Below, one piece after another: positions 1-13,500 of a DNA stretch of 64,000 nt. The DNA lies in the NCBI GenBank assembly GCA_043228905.1, contig JBHGNT010000020.1:2914001-2978000 (forward strand), given 5' to 3'. Numbering within the stretch: the first letter of the stretch is position 1; every line of letters starts with the position of its first letter. Origin of the DNA: Azolla caroliniana. Taxonomy: Eukaryota; Plantae; Polypodiophyta. Below the pieces are notes generated by a model. The model did not search any database and was not told the origin of the DNA. It saw only the letters and a list, made by a program, of their open reading frames with translations. Both the position numbers and the translations under genes were made by a program.

Positions 1-1246
1 GATTTCCCACAATGAGCAATTCTTATAATTTCACTAGCCCTAGAAGCCCAAATGGATTTAGAGTGAAAGACTACACCTCTTTGTCATATATATTTTTGTG
101 AAATGGTTAACAATGAGGTGAAAGAAAAGAACAAGGGTGATGGCAGGTGATAAGAACTGTGGCCTGTGGCTTTCAGAGCTTCTCATTATACCCAAAACCT
201 TTCTTGAAGTGAAGGAACATAAAATAATCTTATGTAACGAGATTGAGAATTTTAAAAACTAAGTGGGGGAGAACATGATAGGGTTTGGCTTGTTGCTGAA
301 TCAAGAGACTTGGACAGCAATCAATTAGCACTATTCAAAGGCATAATAAGCACCATTGTTGTAGCTTTGGGCCCATGCTACAATTATGTTTGGTGGATGA
401 ATTGAATGCATAGATTTGTGTGACGTTTTGGTTTTTCTCAAGTTTTGATAATGAAATACTGTGTAAAGATATCTAAAGATGTATATGAAAAAGTTGAGGT
501 GTTTTTAAAGTCAATGTAATAATTGTCACTAGAAGTGTTGAAATCTTAAATAGAGATCAATATCAATTGATAGTTAAAGAGTCATAGCTATTTCCTCTTT
601 CCTAGGTAAAGAATGAAAAGTGTTTGGTGTAGTTGAGAACAATCTCAAAGGTCTTCTTATAAAAGCTTTTTAAGGTTAGCACAAACAACCCACTCTTGTT
701 ATGAGCGATCATGTCAAAAGGTTGGAAACATGTATCATAGTGCCCTTGTTTGATGGCCTAAAGTTCTCATTATGATTGTCCAATTGATCTGACAATTCAG
801 ATGGTTGTATTGTGAAGTGTCCCACCATGCCTAAGCTACTTTAATTCTAGAGTTATCTCATATAGAGTGAAAGAACTCCTATCATGTTGAGAGGTTATAC
901 TCACATTGTGTTTGAACTTATTAGTTCATGTTGTGAGTGGTAAATCAGTCCCATCATGTTGGGAACTTGTATGTTCTTGTTGTGATGAGCACACCCCTAT
1001 TGTGATAGGTGATTTGTGAACCATCATTTTAAAAAGAGAGGAGAAAAACCATTATACACATAACTAAGGTCTATGGAATTATGCCTTGTACATGTTATAG
1101 GAGAATAATACTTCTTGATTGCAAGCATAGAACGTAATATTCGTGTTCGTGCAAGCATTCAAACGTTTGGAAACAAACGTGTTTGAAAAGGGAAAAATAC
1201 ATGGTCCTTTTGTTTTTATTTTATTTCATGTATTGTTGTGACTCCT

Positions 1247-1850
1247 CACCCTAGTGGTAAGGAGTCATGTCTTGGGTTCGATTCCCAATTTTCTCATCTC
1301 TCGCTTGCTCTCTCACATTAGTACCATGTCATAGCAAAATTTTATGAGTGTTATAATAGTTTTTTTCTTTTTTCTTTTGTTTCTATTATGAGTGTTATGA
1401 ACTAAGCACAACATAGTGGTAAGTGGCCGTTCTACTCAACTTTCTCATATCCTCTTGTTAGTGTCATGTTCCTTTTTCTTCTTTTTCTTTCTTTCTTTCT
1501 TATTAGAAATTAGCTCACCCTAGTGGTAAGTTGTTATACTACTACTGCCTATGTCATGGCAAAATTTTATATTAGTGTCATGTTCCTTTTTCTTTCTTTC
1601 TTTCTTTCTTATTAGAAATTAGGTCACCCTAGTGGTAAGTTGTTATGCTACTACTACCTATGTCATGTTTTCTTCATATTCTCGAATATACGTTTTATGA
1701 GTTTTTGATCATTTCTTTTTTCTTTTCTTTTTTTATTTCTTTGTCATTAGAAATTAGGTCACCCTAGTGGTAAGTTGTTATGCTACTACTGGCTATGTCA
1801 TGTTTTCTTCATATTCTTGAATATACATTTTATGAGTTTTTGAACGTTTG
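1247..1850. repeat. Degenerate tandem repeat, about 5 units, core CACCCTAGTGGTAAG(TTGTTAT)
   Basis: The core recurs near 1247, 1412 (degenerate), 1516, 1625 and 1760. The later units share about 110-135 bp of flanking sequence. Confidence 0.7.
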
Positions 1851-2982
1851 ATTATAATTTATAATGAATCAATATATAATATAGACCATCGATGGCATGC
1901 ACCTGCTTGGGGCACATTGTTGTGATGATAATGTTTGATCATAGATTGTTTCGTGGTATAAACATTCACATTAGTGACTCACCATCTTATAAATGACATG
2001 GCACATAACCTTGAAGCTAGTTAACTCTTATGCTTAGGTGAGATTTTACTTCATCATAATGTTGTGGCAATAAAGGTAACTTCTTGGTAAACTATTAAAG
2101 TAAAGAGGATACCATACAATGGACTATCATAAAAATGAAAGTAATAGGAGAGAAAGGAAAGTGTCAAGTTTGTGAGGGCACAATGTCTTAAAGATTGTGG
2201 TTGTGTGTTGCAACTGCCGAGGTTCTGTGACTCGGGGACAATCGGTATGATAAGGTGTAATCGCCGATGGTACAATGGCAAGAAGACAAGACAAATGCGA
2301 AGCTATCAGGTAAGGAAATTAATTGATGGCGTAATCACGGATGGTGTGATGGCAAGAAGACAAGATAGATGCGAAGGTGTCGGGTATGGAAATTAATGGA
2401 TGAGAACAACACTTACAATTTTTGATGTGGCAAGACTTGAACCTAACTTCTCCTCTTTTACAGAGAATTCTTCAATGGTGTACCACTCCAACTTTCCTCT
2501 TTCTCTATTTTTTTTTATATATTCACTATGTACTTCTATCTTACAAAACTTGTTTACCAAAATAAACTCCCAACCTCTTCTTGGGGTGAACCATTTGAGA
2601 TAAAACACTTTGGCGCTCCTCTTTTTCTTTATTCCTTTTCTTTTTCTCTAGCTTTTGTATTTTCTTTGTAGGTTGCAAACCATCTTCTTGAGTGACCTCC
2701 TTGATGACACCCTTCTTCCCCCCTTGCGAGCTCCTTCACTTGCTTTATATTCTATGCCTTTACCCACCATGGGAGAGGGACTTTTATAGGGGGGACAACC
2801 ACCTTTGCCACCCTTCTTGAGGCGGTTGCATTTTTACAAAAAATAAAATAAAATTCAATTATAAAATTTCACCCATTTGAAAAATTACAAAATCATTCTT
2901 ATTTTATCTTGACCTTCCCTCTTTGATATAATTACATTTTTTTACTAAACAATCTTGAACCTAGCATAATTCTTCCGGAGGC

Positions 2983-3357
2983 TGTATCCATTACAAAACA
3001 GGTTTGTTCGGATCATCCCATTAGGCCAAATGTGAACTTGCCTAGGGGCTTTTGGTCTGGCTATAAATATGAGGCCTAGCTACCCTCATTTTATACATTA
3101 TCGACTATGTCGAGACTCTGTCATTGTGGTGGGTCAACTCTTGTAACGAGCGCACCGGCACCATATACGACTCAACGCCACAACGGTGGTATGGGATGCT
3201 GCTCGAGGCTTGAGTCCATCTCGATCCCTTTGCACAGGGGTGGTCAGGTGGATCAACACCCTTCTCTCTCTCTCTGTCTCCTCTCTTATCTATTTAATCA
3301 TTAAATCCTTATCATATGCTTACATTAGTGGCAAGCTCTAACAATTGTTATCCGAGC
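2983..3357 (+). mobile_element. Probable degenerate LTR end plus primer-binding site (PBS) of a non-coding LTR element
   Basis: CTATAAATA at 3061, a CT tract, then ...CTAACA-AT-TGTTATCCGAGC (3346-3357, 10/12 match to the tRNA-iMet PBS TGGTATCAGAGC). The left boundary is a guess and no partner LTR was found. Confidence 0.35.
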
Positions 3358-4910
3358 TTTTCTTCTAATGTTTTGTTTGTTGATTGATTTTTTGTTGGAT
3401 GGCAATCGATTGATGTGCGGTCGACAAGGCATTAAGAAGCGAACTTCGGTAACTCTGTTTTTATTTTATTTTTTTATTCTTTCATCTCCCAATCTAATAA
3501 TGTATAGTCAATATGTGTTTTTGTTCATTGATTCAAGGATGTTGTAGTGGTGATTAATTGGTTGTATAAAACGTTTACATATGTGTATGAGGTCAATAGC
3601 TCAATTGACATATAATTTATATGTGATTTGTGTTGTATACGTACAAGGCAAATACCTCAATTGCGTATTACACTCACATACATATGTTATGTATGCATAT
3701 GAGGTCAATACCTCAATTGTGTATTACGTCCACCTTTATTTCGAATGTTTCTTGTGCGTAGAGGCTATATGCCTTGATTACGTATCTCAATTACATCATT
3801 TGTTGGCTATGTTATGTTTGATTTTTTTAAAATATATGCATATACGTAATCATGTGTATACGTGTTTAATCGTATACATGTGATAAACATAAATATTTGT
3901 ATATTAGAGTTTATTACATGATTTGGTATATCGAACGTTGTCCTTTTCGGGGAAAGGATCTTGGTGACCATCCTCACATTTTTGTGAGAATGGTGTAGTC
4001 ACCATCCTTTTTCAACAATTTTTTTTGTTGTCATCCTCGTTGGTCACTTCGATCTTACTACGCGTTATAATGAAATGATCATAGCCACAATGATGTTGAG
4101 AGCGTAGGCTTGACCCAGTTCCAGTGAGGTTTGTCCAATGACACATGCATCCAACATCCCTCCTTCATTACATGGTTACGACGCCACCATGAGATCATCA
4201 TTAAGAAAGGCATTCGTAATGATGTAACCATGTGATGGGTCACGTGGGCCAACTACGAAAAGAGGGCTCATGTGGCTTGACCATTATGTTGCACTTTGGG
4301 GTATGTCATCATAATGATGAGCCTTGAGGTTGGGTAACGTACCAACATAGTTTTCTTGTTAACGAGGGGGAAATAAGGTTTCTTGCCACATATGTTTTCA
4401 TTTAAAAAACATATATGGGAAAATGCCTTTGCATATCTCTGGTATGCATAAACATTAAATGTTCAAAAGGAGCAAACCATTTGGTTAGCTCAAGTGTTTA
4501 ATGTATTTGTTCTCAAGGTCTCGAGTTTAAATATGACCAAGACCATACAACATTGTTGATACATATGACTATAAAACATGTTTAGACTTTAGGTCTAAGT
4601 GCACTTCGGGGTCCTCGTAATGGGACTTAAAGAGCCGAAACCACGTGGGTGGGCGCAAATACATAGTTTATTGTTAACATTTTTTTCGTGTATAAACTAT
4701 TCATGATGCGAACATACACGGTTGAGCCTCGGGGAGCCGCCATGAAAAAATCGATATAGAGATCAGGGAAAAACATTCATTTGTCACCCTCATGGTTTTT
4801 AAAACACCTTTGTGTTACCATAGTAACCTGATCTTGAACCTCATCTCATACGTCTAGAGGGGTATTAACGTGAGATCATGATATCGATACGACATGATGT
4901 TATAACTATT

Positions 4911-6619
4911 TGTTTGACCTTAGCCAATTTCTGTGCGTCAGAAATTATCATCCGCCCAAGCGGAAGGAATTCAAGGAAATCCTCCTAGGCCAATCCCCAT
5001 TAAGTCATATCTTTTACAAATACAAAATTTCCTTAATTCTACCTTGCACGATATTTCCAAAGTACTCTGAAGTACTCTATCTTTTAATATTTTCTTCTAA
5101 TCCTTTATATTTATTTAATCTGGTACTCCATTCATATTTCACGTAATGTACGAAGTACACTACGACATTCACCCCCTCCGAACCCGCACTTCCGTGATCC
5201 TTGTCTGATTGCTCCATTGTGTCGGTTTTGTCTAAGATTACATAGGGTGTGTCGTCACTTTGCTTTTTAAAAATCTTCACCCGCTTCCCCGCTATAGCCA
5301 CTCGAAGTATTGTTCCATCTAGCTCACTTAACCGGTAAGTTCCGTTGTCAAATGCTTTTTGAACCTCGTATGGTCCGAACCACCTTCAAGTGAATTTCCG
5401 TATCGTTCGGTGTTGATGATCCAAATTGTTGTCATAGACTATCACCCAATCTCCTTCAATCTTCCGTGGTCCTAGATGGTGCTTTGTGTCGAATCGACTT
5501 TTGTTCCGGAATCGTGCTTCTTGTTCTCAGCGTATTGCTTCTACTATGTCTTCTGGTCTTCCTTCTAGCTGTTGTATTCGGACCGCTAGTAGTTCTTCCC
5601 AAGTCATCTCTTCCTTCCATGGTAGCACTGTCCATTTCACAATTGTGATTTCCGTAGCATTACCGAAGCTTGTCCAATCATAAGTTCCGTTGGCATATAA
5701 CCGGTCATGGAACTATGCGTTGTGCGATTCGCCCAGAGTGCATACAAAAGCATCTGCGACCAATTCATCACCCTTCCGTCACATGCTTTTGCAAGTGCTT
5801 TTATGATTGGACTATGTCCTCGTTCGATCTTCCCATTGTCTTCTGGATTGTTTGTTGTATTTAGTGTCAACCGTACTCCATGTTTGGCGAAGAATTCCCT
5901 AGCTTTATCGGAGGCAAGTTCTCCCCGATCCGCAATTACTTGTCCTACGCACTCGTACCTGCAGAACACTTCTTCCAAGAGAAATTGGCCTACTATAGAA
6001 CATGTCTTCTTCCGTAGAGCCCGACCTTCTACTTGGTTTGACAAATCCTCCTGAGCTAGCACCAAGTACTTCTTTTGTCTGATCCCGGTTGGCATGGCCA
6101 CGATGTCGACCATCCATTTAAAGTTGATTGTCGGTGAAAATGTCGGATGTAATTCGTCCCGATGTCGAACTCCGGAGTAGATCTGACATTTATCGCAGCT
6201 TTTGGTGAACTCCACTATATCCTTGTACATATCCTTCCACCAATATTTTTGTTTGATATTTGCAAATGTCGCCCATGTTCCCGGATGTCCAGCCCAATCA
6301 GATTCGTGAAATTCAGATTTACCTATTTCTGTTGTTTCTTTGTGCCGACTACCCGGAGTGGTGTGCCATCCGGTCTTTTCAGCTCCTCGTAGATTAAACC
6401 ATTGTTCAAAAAGAACTTTTGAACTTGCCGTTTCTTCCTTCGGATATCAGATCTCTTTTCCTTATTGTCTGATGATTCCTTGATTTCCTATAGTGCTTTC
6501 CGATCAACAAACTTTCTCCCTCGCATTCGTCTTCCCGGAACTCCTGAATTACGTTTACTCGGCATATGTGCTCTGAAGTAAAGTAGTCTTCAGAAACTTC
6601 TTCATTATTCATACCAGTT
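4911..6619 (-). mobile_element. 3' fragment of a non-chromoviral Ty3/gypsy element (integrase relic, polypurine tract (PPT), 3' LTR about 4911-5167)
   Basis: ORF 5637-6230 has SCDKCQ, WMVDIVAMP, ADRGE and NGKIERGH integrase motifs. The minus-strand PPT GGAGGGGGTGAA is followed by TGTCGTAG at 5167. The element is truncated at 6620 by a copia LTR. Confidence 0.75.
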
Positions 6620-8040
6620 TGTGCGGAATAGCGCTTGGCCACAACCAAGACTCAAACACTTTATGAGAGAACAAAACATAAATGGAGGTTCGTACAGTTA
6701 CAGAGAAGAGACGACACAGGATGTTTACGTGGAAAACCTTGATAAGGAAAAACCACGGGAGCCCATAGACTCCAACTATCACTATATGAGAAAGGAGGTA
6801 CAACAGGAGACTCAAAGGCAATGACCTCGTGCTCTGTATCTTCGCTAACCAATGGCTTCTCTTCTCTCTCTCTCTCTCTCTCTCTATGTACAACTATAAT
6901 ACAACTAACAACAACAACAACAATCTAAAGTGATTGCCCTAAGTCATATTTATACTTATATGACTTTAGGAATATTTACAAATATATCCTTTATAGGCAC
7001 ACCAAAAACATATTTGCAGATATGTCCCTAGATCCGGTTCACACCGGATCCATCTGGATACCATTTGATCCGGTCTAGTTCCTTCCTTTGGCTCGTCCGA
7101 TCCGGCTCCTCCGGAGGAACCGAATTCCCAACAAACTCCCCCTTCACTCCGACATGGAATTTCTTGTTGGTCCGATCCATCTCCGACACCCAGTTTGTTG
7201 GCTGACAACACCTTGGTCAACATATCCAACCCGTTCTCCTCCGTGTGGATCTTCGTCAGCGCGAAGTCTTGATCTTCTACCTTCTCTTGGAGCCAGTGAT
7301 ATCTCCTCTAGATGTGCTTGGTTTGGGAATGGTAGGCCGTGTTCTTAGCAAGGGTGGATGGCACATTGGATGTTGCAGTACAACCGATATTCCTCCTGTC
7401 GGATCCCTAGCTCTCCGATGAAGTCCTTCATCCAGATTACTTCCTTGCATGGTTCCACAACTGCCATGTACTCTACTTCCATTGTTGACAATGCAACGGA
7501 CTTCTATAGCCTCGATTGCCACGATACGGCTCCCCCTGCATATGTCATGACATATCCGGATGTGGACCGGCTGGTATCTGCATCAACCGACATATCCGTA
7601 TCCATAAAGCCTTCCAGTTGGGGTTTACCTGAACCACTCTGACTGCGTATTCGATATCTGGTCGGGTGCACACCATCGCGTACATCAAGCTTCCGATGAT
7701 AGAGGCATATGGTATCTTCATCATATCCGACTTCTCTACCTTCGTCTTCGGGCTCTGCTTTCCGGACAACTTGCAGTTTGCCGGAAGTGTCGACTCGACC
7801 GGCTTCACATCTGACATGTTGAACCGTTTAAGCACCTTTGTCACATACTTCTCCTATGACAACCACAATAGCTTCTTTGTCCGGTCTCAGACTATGTGCA
7901 TCCCCAATATCTGTCTCGTCGGACCCAGATTTTTCATTGAGAAGGCCCGGTTTAGGGCCTTCTTCATATTTCCAATTTTGATCCGGTCCAGTCCGACCAT
8001 TAGCATGTCATCCACATACAACGGGAGTATCAGGAAGAAT
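6620..8040 (-). mobile_element. Tnt1/Tork-like Ty1/copia 3' fragment (RT/RNase H relic, PPT, 3' LTR 6620-7133)
   Basis: LYVDDML, MKNLGP, PYASIIGSLMYAMVCTRPDI and STSGYVMTYAGG motifs with internal deletions. PPT GTGAAGGGGGAGTT at 7134-7147. The LTR runs TGTTGGGAA...TTCCGCACA. Confidence 0.85.
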
Positions 8041-9294
8041 GGTCCCTCCCGATGGGATCTGAATGACAACAGGACGAGCCGGATTAGACAGGATGAAGGA
8101 AGGAACCAGACTAGATGGATCCGGAAGGAGTCCGGCCGGATCCGATATAAACCAGCAAATAGGAACATATTAGTAAATATGTTCAAATGTGACCGTTGAG
8201 GTCATATTTGTAAATAGCCCCAAAGTTATATAAGTATAAATATAACTAGGGCAACACTGTTATAAGTAGTGTGAAATCATCATTATCGTTGTACAAAGTG
8301 TGTGAGAGTGCAAGAGAGAGAAACTGAATCAGTTTCTGTTGTAACTACTTGAACCAGACTAGATGGATCCGGAAGGTATCTTGAGACCGGATCGGATGGA
8401 TCCGAAAGGAGTCCGTCCGGATCTGGTATAAACCAGCAAATAGGAACATAGTTATATAAGTATAAATATAACTAGGGCAACATTGTTATAAGTAGTGTGA
8501 AATCATCATTATTGTTGTAAAGAGTGTGTGAGAGTGCGAGAGAGAGAAACTGAATCAGTTTCTGTTGTAACTACTTGAATCAGACTAGATGGATCCGGAA
8601 GGTATCTTGAGACCGGATCGGATGGATCCGAAAGGAGTCCGTTCGGATCTGGTATAAACCAGCAAATAGGAACATAGTTATATAAGTATAAATATAACTA
8701 GGGCAACACTGTTATAAGTAGTGTGAAATCATCATTATCGTTGTAAAGAGTGTGTGAGAGTGCAAGAGAGAGAAACTGAATCAGTTTCTGTTGTAACTAC
8801 TTGAACCAGACTAGATGGATCCGGAAGGTATCTTGAGACCGGATCGGATGGATCCGGAAGGAGTCCGTCCGGATCCGGTATAAACCAGCAAATAGGAACA
8901 TAGTTATATAAGTATAAATATAACTAGGGCAACACTGTTATAAGTAGTGTGAAATCATCATTATTGTTGTAAAGAGTGTGTGAGAGTGCGAGAGAGAGAA
9001 ACTGAATCAGTTTCTGTTGTAACTACTTGAATCAGACTAGATGGATCCGGAAGGTATCTTGAGACCGGATCGGATGGATCCAGAAGGAGTCCGGTATAAA
9101 CCAGCAAATAGGAACATAGTTATATAAGTATAAATATAACTAGGGCAACACTGTTATAAGTAGTGTGAAATCATCATTATTGTTGTAAAGAGTGTGTGGG
9201 AGTGCGAGAGAGAGAAACCGAATTAGTTTCTGTTGTAACTGCTTGAAGCCAAAGATACAAAGCTCGAGGGCATTGCCTCTAAGTCTTATTTAGT
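8041..9294 (+). mobile_element. Left part of a Tork-like copia LTR, with the promoter region tandemly amplified; continues at 21917-22091
   Basis: Matches the reverse complement of the LTR at 54914-55481 (GTCCCTCC, GAAGGAAGGAACC, TATAAATATAACTAGGGCAA). Split by the gypsy element at 9295. Confidence 0.75.
8102..9245 (+). repeat. LTR-derived tandem array, 5 units, period 226 bp
   Basis: GAA(C/T)CAGACTAGATGGATCCGGAAGG starts at about 8103, 8351, 8577, 8803 and 9029. Confidence 0.92.
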
Positions 9295-9670
9295 TGTCAT
9301 GATATGGCAAGAGTCAAACCCATGACCTTATGTTACATGGGTCGAGCTCTTGACCATTAGACTATATGTTGTAATACAAAAGATATTATTTTTATTTAAG
9401 TTTTACTATAGAAAATTGATGTATATTCAAGATTTCTCTGGAACATTCTAGAAACTTTAGGAGTACTCCTGAGAACACTATAAAAGGAGGCACAAGGCAT
9501 TATTTCAAACCAAATCGGTTCAACGCCAGACTTAACCCTCCTAGCTACTATTGTATATTCTCTTAACTTAATATATATATATTGTTATCATCATTCTCTC
9601 TCTCTCTCTCACACACACACACACTTACTCTTTCCTTCTCTCGAGAGTTCTACACCTCCCTTAGTACTAA
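9295..9670 (+). repeat. 5' LTR of the chromovirus (3' end truncated)
   Basis: Near-identical to 21486-21885, including CTATAAAAGG and the (CT)n(CA)n tract. Confidence 0.85.
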
Positions 9671-10548
9671 TCCTCATCTTTTCGTACTAATTCATTCTCC
9701 CTACAAGTTTCTCGCATTGGAACAAGAAAATTAATGATTCTTGGGATAGCTTCAACAAATCTCCTTAGAGAAGCAGCTGACACAACAACAACATGGGGAA
9801 CTAGCGTTACGCATGCAATAGCTCGAAGCAACCATAGTCGCGCCTTCCCATGAAATTTGATGGAACGTGATCGCAGTTTAGAGGATTCCTTCATTAGGTA
9901 CAATTAGTCATTCAAATGCATCCTTGTGGGTTTAGTAGGCACATTGTTAAGTGGCTCAGCTTTGGCATGGTTCGCTCCGTTGTTAGAAAGGGAATCTCCT
10001 TTACTAAACAATTTTGAAGAGTTCTTAAGTGAGTTTAAAGCCTGTTTTGGAGATATTGACAACATAAGGACAACAATCAACAAAATCTGATGATTACGTC
10101 AAGGTGATCGTCTAGCCTCCGCATACGTTGCAGATTTCCGCCTACTCGCCTCCGATGTCCCCTGGGATGACCAAGAAATTTCGTTATGGTCTACGTAACG
10201 ATGTCAAGGATTTACTCTTGACCTTCCCCGAAGAACCAAAGTCATTGACAGAAGCAATCACTCACCCGGTGAGATGCAACAAACATCTTTTTGAACGACG
10301 TTCAAAACGTCAGTTCCAGATGCCAAGGGCAAGATCAGAGCCCACCTACGCCTGAATGGTAGCAAAACCTTTTCCAAGGGAGTCATATAATGCGGCTCTA
10401 GTGAATACTCCAACTCTGATGGAAAATGACACTGCACGTTGTCGCGGACCATTATCGGAAGAAGAAAAGCAATGACGCCGAGCAAATCGACTATGTCTTT
10501 ATTGCGGTGGACCAGGGCATATTGCAGTGAACTGTCCCCATAGGCCGA

Positions 10549-13500
10549 TGTTGAGAGACAAGCTCAACATCGGCCGGATCAGCTGAAGAAGCCGAGGACC
10601 GGATCGGTTGGGACCGATCGGTTAGGACGAGTGCGTAAACCAGGAGGTCATTAGGAAAGATATTCCGTGAGGAATATATTTTGGAGTTAGTGTAGGAGCT
10701 CTTAATGAGCAACGAAGTACTGTCAGTCCTTCTAGGACTTGTATAAAAGTGTTCATTGAACACACATATGTATAGAGTGGTGAATAGAGATTGTGTACTT
10801 CTGTTATATTTTTTTGTGTCTTCTCTCTCACTCTCTCTGTCTCTCCCGCATATACCATGTAAGCTCAAGCTCTCCTTTGAACCTGAGTTTCCTTCCTTCT
10901 GTTCCGTCTTCATACTTGCTTCCGCACGTTACTTTCTACATGGTATCAGAGCGCAAGGGTTGAGAACCTCTCTGCAGCCGACACAGTGACGAAGAAGAAC
11001 AAGAAGAACGATGGATAGAGGCATGGCGAGCTCGCTTCCAACAGAGAAGCTCGACAGAACGAACTACGCGTCTTGGTCCTACAAGATGCACCAGTACCTG
11101 CTCGGGCACGACTACTGGAGTTATGTCGAAGGAGCTAATGATGCGGCACCCGAATCGACACACAGAGACTTCCCGTCGTGGGAGCAATCGACGAGCAAGG
11201 TATTATACTGCTTCGCGTCATGTGTGGGCGAACGAACAACTATTGAGCTATGTCTGGGATGCAAAGACGCCGAAGGGTGCGTGGGAAAATCTGAAGAAGA
11301 TTTTCGCTGCGAGCACCACAGCCAGGAAGCTTCAGCTCCGACAGGAGTTGAGCAACCTACGACAACGTGACTTGTTGGTGGCGGACTATACCTCGAAGAT
11401 CAAGGATATCTGCGACTCCCTCGCCTCCATAGAGGTAAACATCGAGGAGAGCGAGATGGTCCAGATCTGTCTCGGAGGTTTGGCATCGAAATTCGGAGCG
11501 TTCCGAACGGTTGTGTGTACCCAGGAGAATACGCCGTCCTTTTTCGACTTACAGTCGATGCTCCTGGTAGAGGAGAACCACACGGGTGCGTCGACGAGCA
11601 CGCACACCGACAGCAAGATGTTGTACACGGAGGGAGAAAGGCCCCGTGGTCGTGGCGGACGAGGCGAGTCGGTACGCAATGGAAGCGGCCGACGAGATCA
11701 AGGAAGATGGCACCGAAGTGATGCCAACAGCAACTGCGGACCCTCCGGAAACAGGGGGAGTCGAAGCGATGAGAACCGCCAAGGGAAGGCCATCGCCGAG
11801 TGTTGGTACTGTGGCAAGAAAGGCCACAGGGAAAGTGAGTGCTGGAAGAAGCGCACCGATTCGGAGAGAACCGGTTCCGGAAACGGCTCCGAACATACCA
11901 ACAAGGGAAATTGGCAGCGATCGCACTACGCCAAAGACTCCAGGAGAGTCGGAGAAGGGTCTGTCTTCGTGACGAGACACGAAGCAAACTCAATGAAACA
12001 GAGCACCCCGAGATCGGACGAGGTGTGGTACGTAGACTCCGGCGCGTCAAACCACATGACGAGCCATAAGGAGTGGTTCTCGTACCTTGAAAAAACCGAT
12101 ACAACCTGGAGTAGTCGCAACTGGAGACGACACTCCGCATCCGATTGCGAATGTTGGAGAAGTTCCCCTTAGCCATGTCGGGCAGAAAGGGAAACTCATG
12201 AACATGTTTCACGTTCCGACAATCACGAAGAACTTGGTCTCGGTCGGATAGATCGTCGACCAAGGGATGGAGGTTCGGTTTACACACCTCGGGTGCTTCA
12301 TTGAGGAAGAAGGCCATGTGATTGCGCAAGGGCGCAGAGACGGGAGGATGTTCATCCTCGACTCCATTGACGGCGGCACCGCAATGTTCGCGAAGGGACA
12401 AAAATCCGAGTCGGACATCGACTTGTGGCACAAGCGGATAGGCCACGTCAACCACCAACGGCTTCAAGATCTGCAATCGAAAAAGGTAGTGTTTGGATTG
12501 CCCAAATTTAGTGGCCGAAAGGCACAAATTTGTGAAGCCTGCCAGCTCGGGAAGCAACACCGACTTCCTTTCCCCAACGAGCGCAACCGGAGCCGGAACA
12601 AGCTCGACCTTATACACTCCGATGTGTGGGGGCCGGCACAAAACGTTAGTCTTGGCGGGAGCCGATATTTCGTCTCCTTCATCGACGACCACACGCGCCA
12701 CACGTGGATCTACCTCATTGAGAGGAAGAGCGAAGTCTTTGACTGTTTCCGGGACCTCAAAGGGTTCGTGGAAATGGAAACGGGACGGAAGATCAAGTGC
12801 CTGCGGTCGAATGGCAGGAAAGAGTACTTTTCTGGTCAATTCAACGGTTATCTACAACAAATGGGAATTCAGCGCGAATTCAGTTGTAGATACACGCCAA
12901 AGCAGAACGGCGTGGCCGAGAGGAAGAATCGGTCAGTTGTGGAAGCGGCATGGGCAATGCTGGAGGAAAAGAGCTTGCCCAAGTTCTACTGGGCCGAGGC
13001 GGTAAGGACCGCAGTATACATCCAAAACCGGATCGGAGACAAAGTGTCGGCGCACGAGCTGTATTTCGGAACGAAGCCGAACTTGCGACACTTGAGGGTG
13101 TTCGGTAGCATTGCGTATGTGCATATACCGAAGGAGAAAAGGAGGAAGCTGGACGCAAAGGCCGAGAAATGCATCTTGGTCGATTACTCAGACGAGCAGA
13201 AGGGTTATAAGTGCTATAACCCTCGCACCAAACAAGCGCGTGTCAGCCGCAACGTTGTGTTTGACGAGTCCGCGTCCTGGTACCTGCCCCCGACTCCGAA
13301 CCCTGCCCCCAATCCGAGCTCTGATGATGAGGTCAGCGAGGCCGAGATGCCTCCGGATGAGCCCGAAATCGAGACCCGCGAAGAGAGTCCGAATTCACTC
13401 CGGTTAAGTGGACCGATTGGACGACTGAGTCGGTACGACCAGTTCGATGAAGAGCCGGCGAGTAGTGGAGACTCGGTCGTGCATTCCCCGCGCAGGAAGC

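Noticed and set aside
100-1000. Possible decayed coding relic
   Set aside because: The frame I read by eye is stop-rich, the ORF track shows nothing here, and I recognise no protein motif.
10491-10913. Recurrent ORFs inside family A LTRs (MKTEQKEGNSGS...)
   Set aside because: They recur only because the LTRs are repeats. Frames differ between copies and no known motif is present.
11400-12839. 479-aa antisense ORF over copia gag-pol
   Set aside because: It is a shadow ORF of GC-rich coding sequence. It is continuous only because of the +1 frameshift near 12093, and in copy 2 the same peptides are split between two frames (52385-53017 and 53104-53433).
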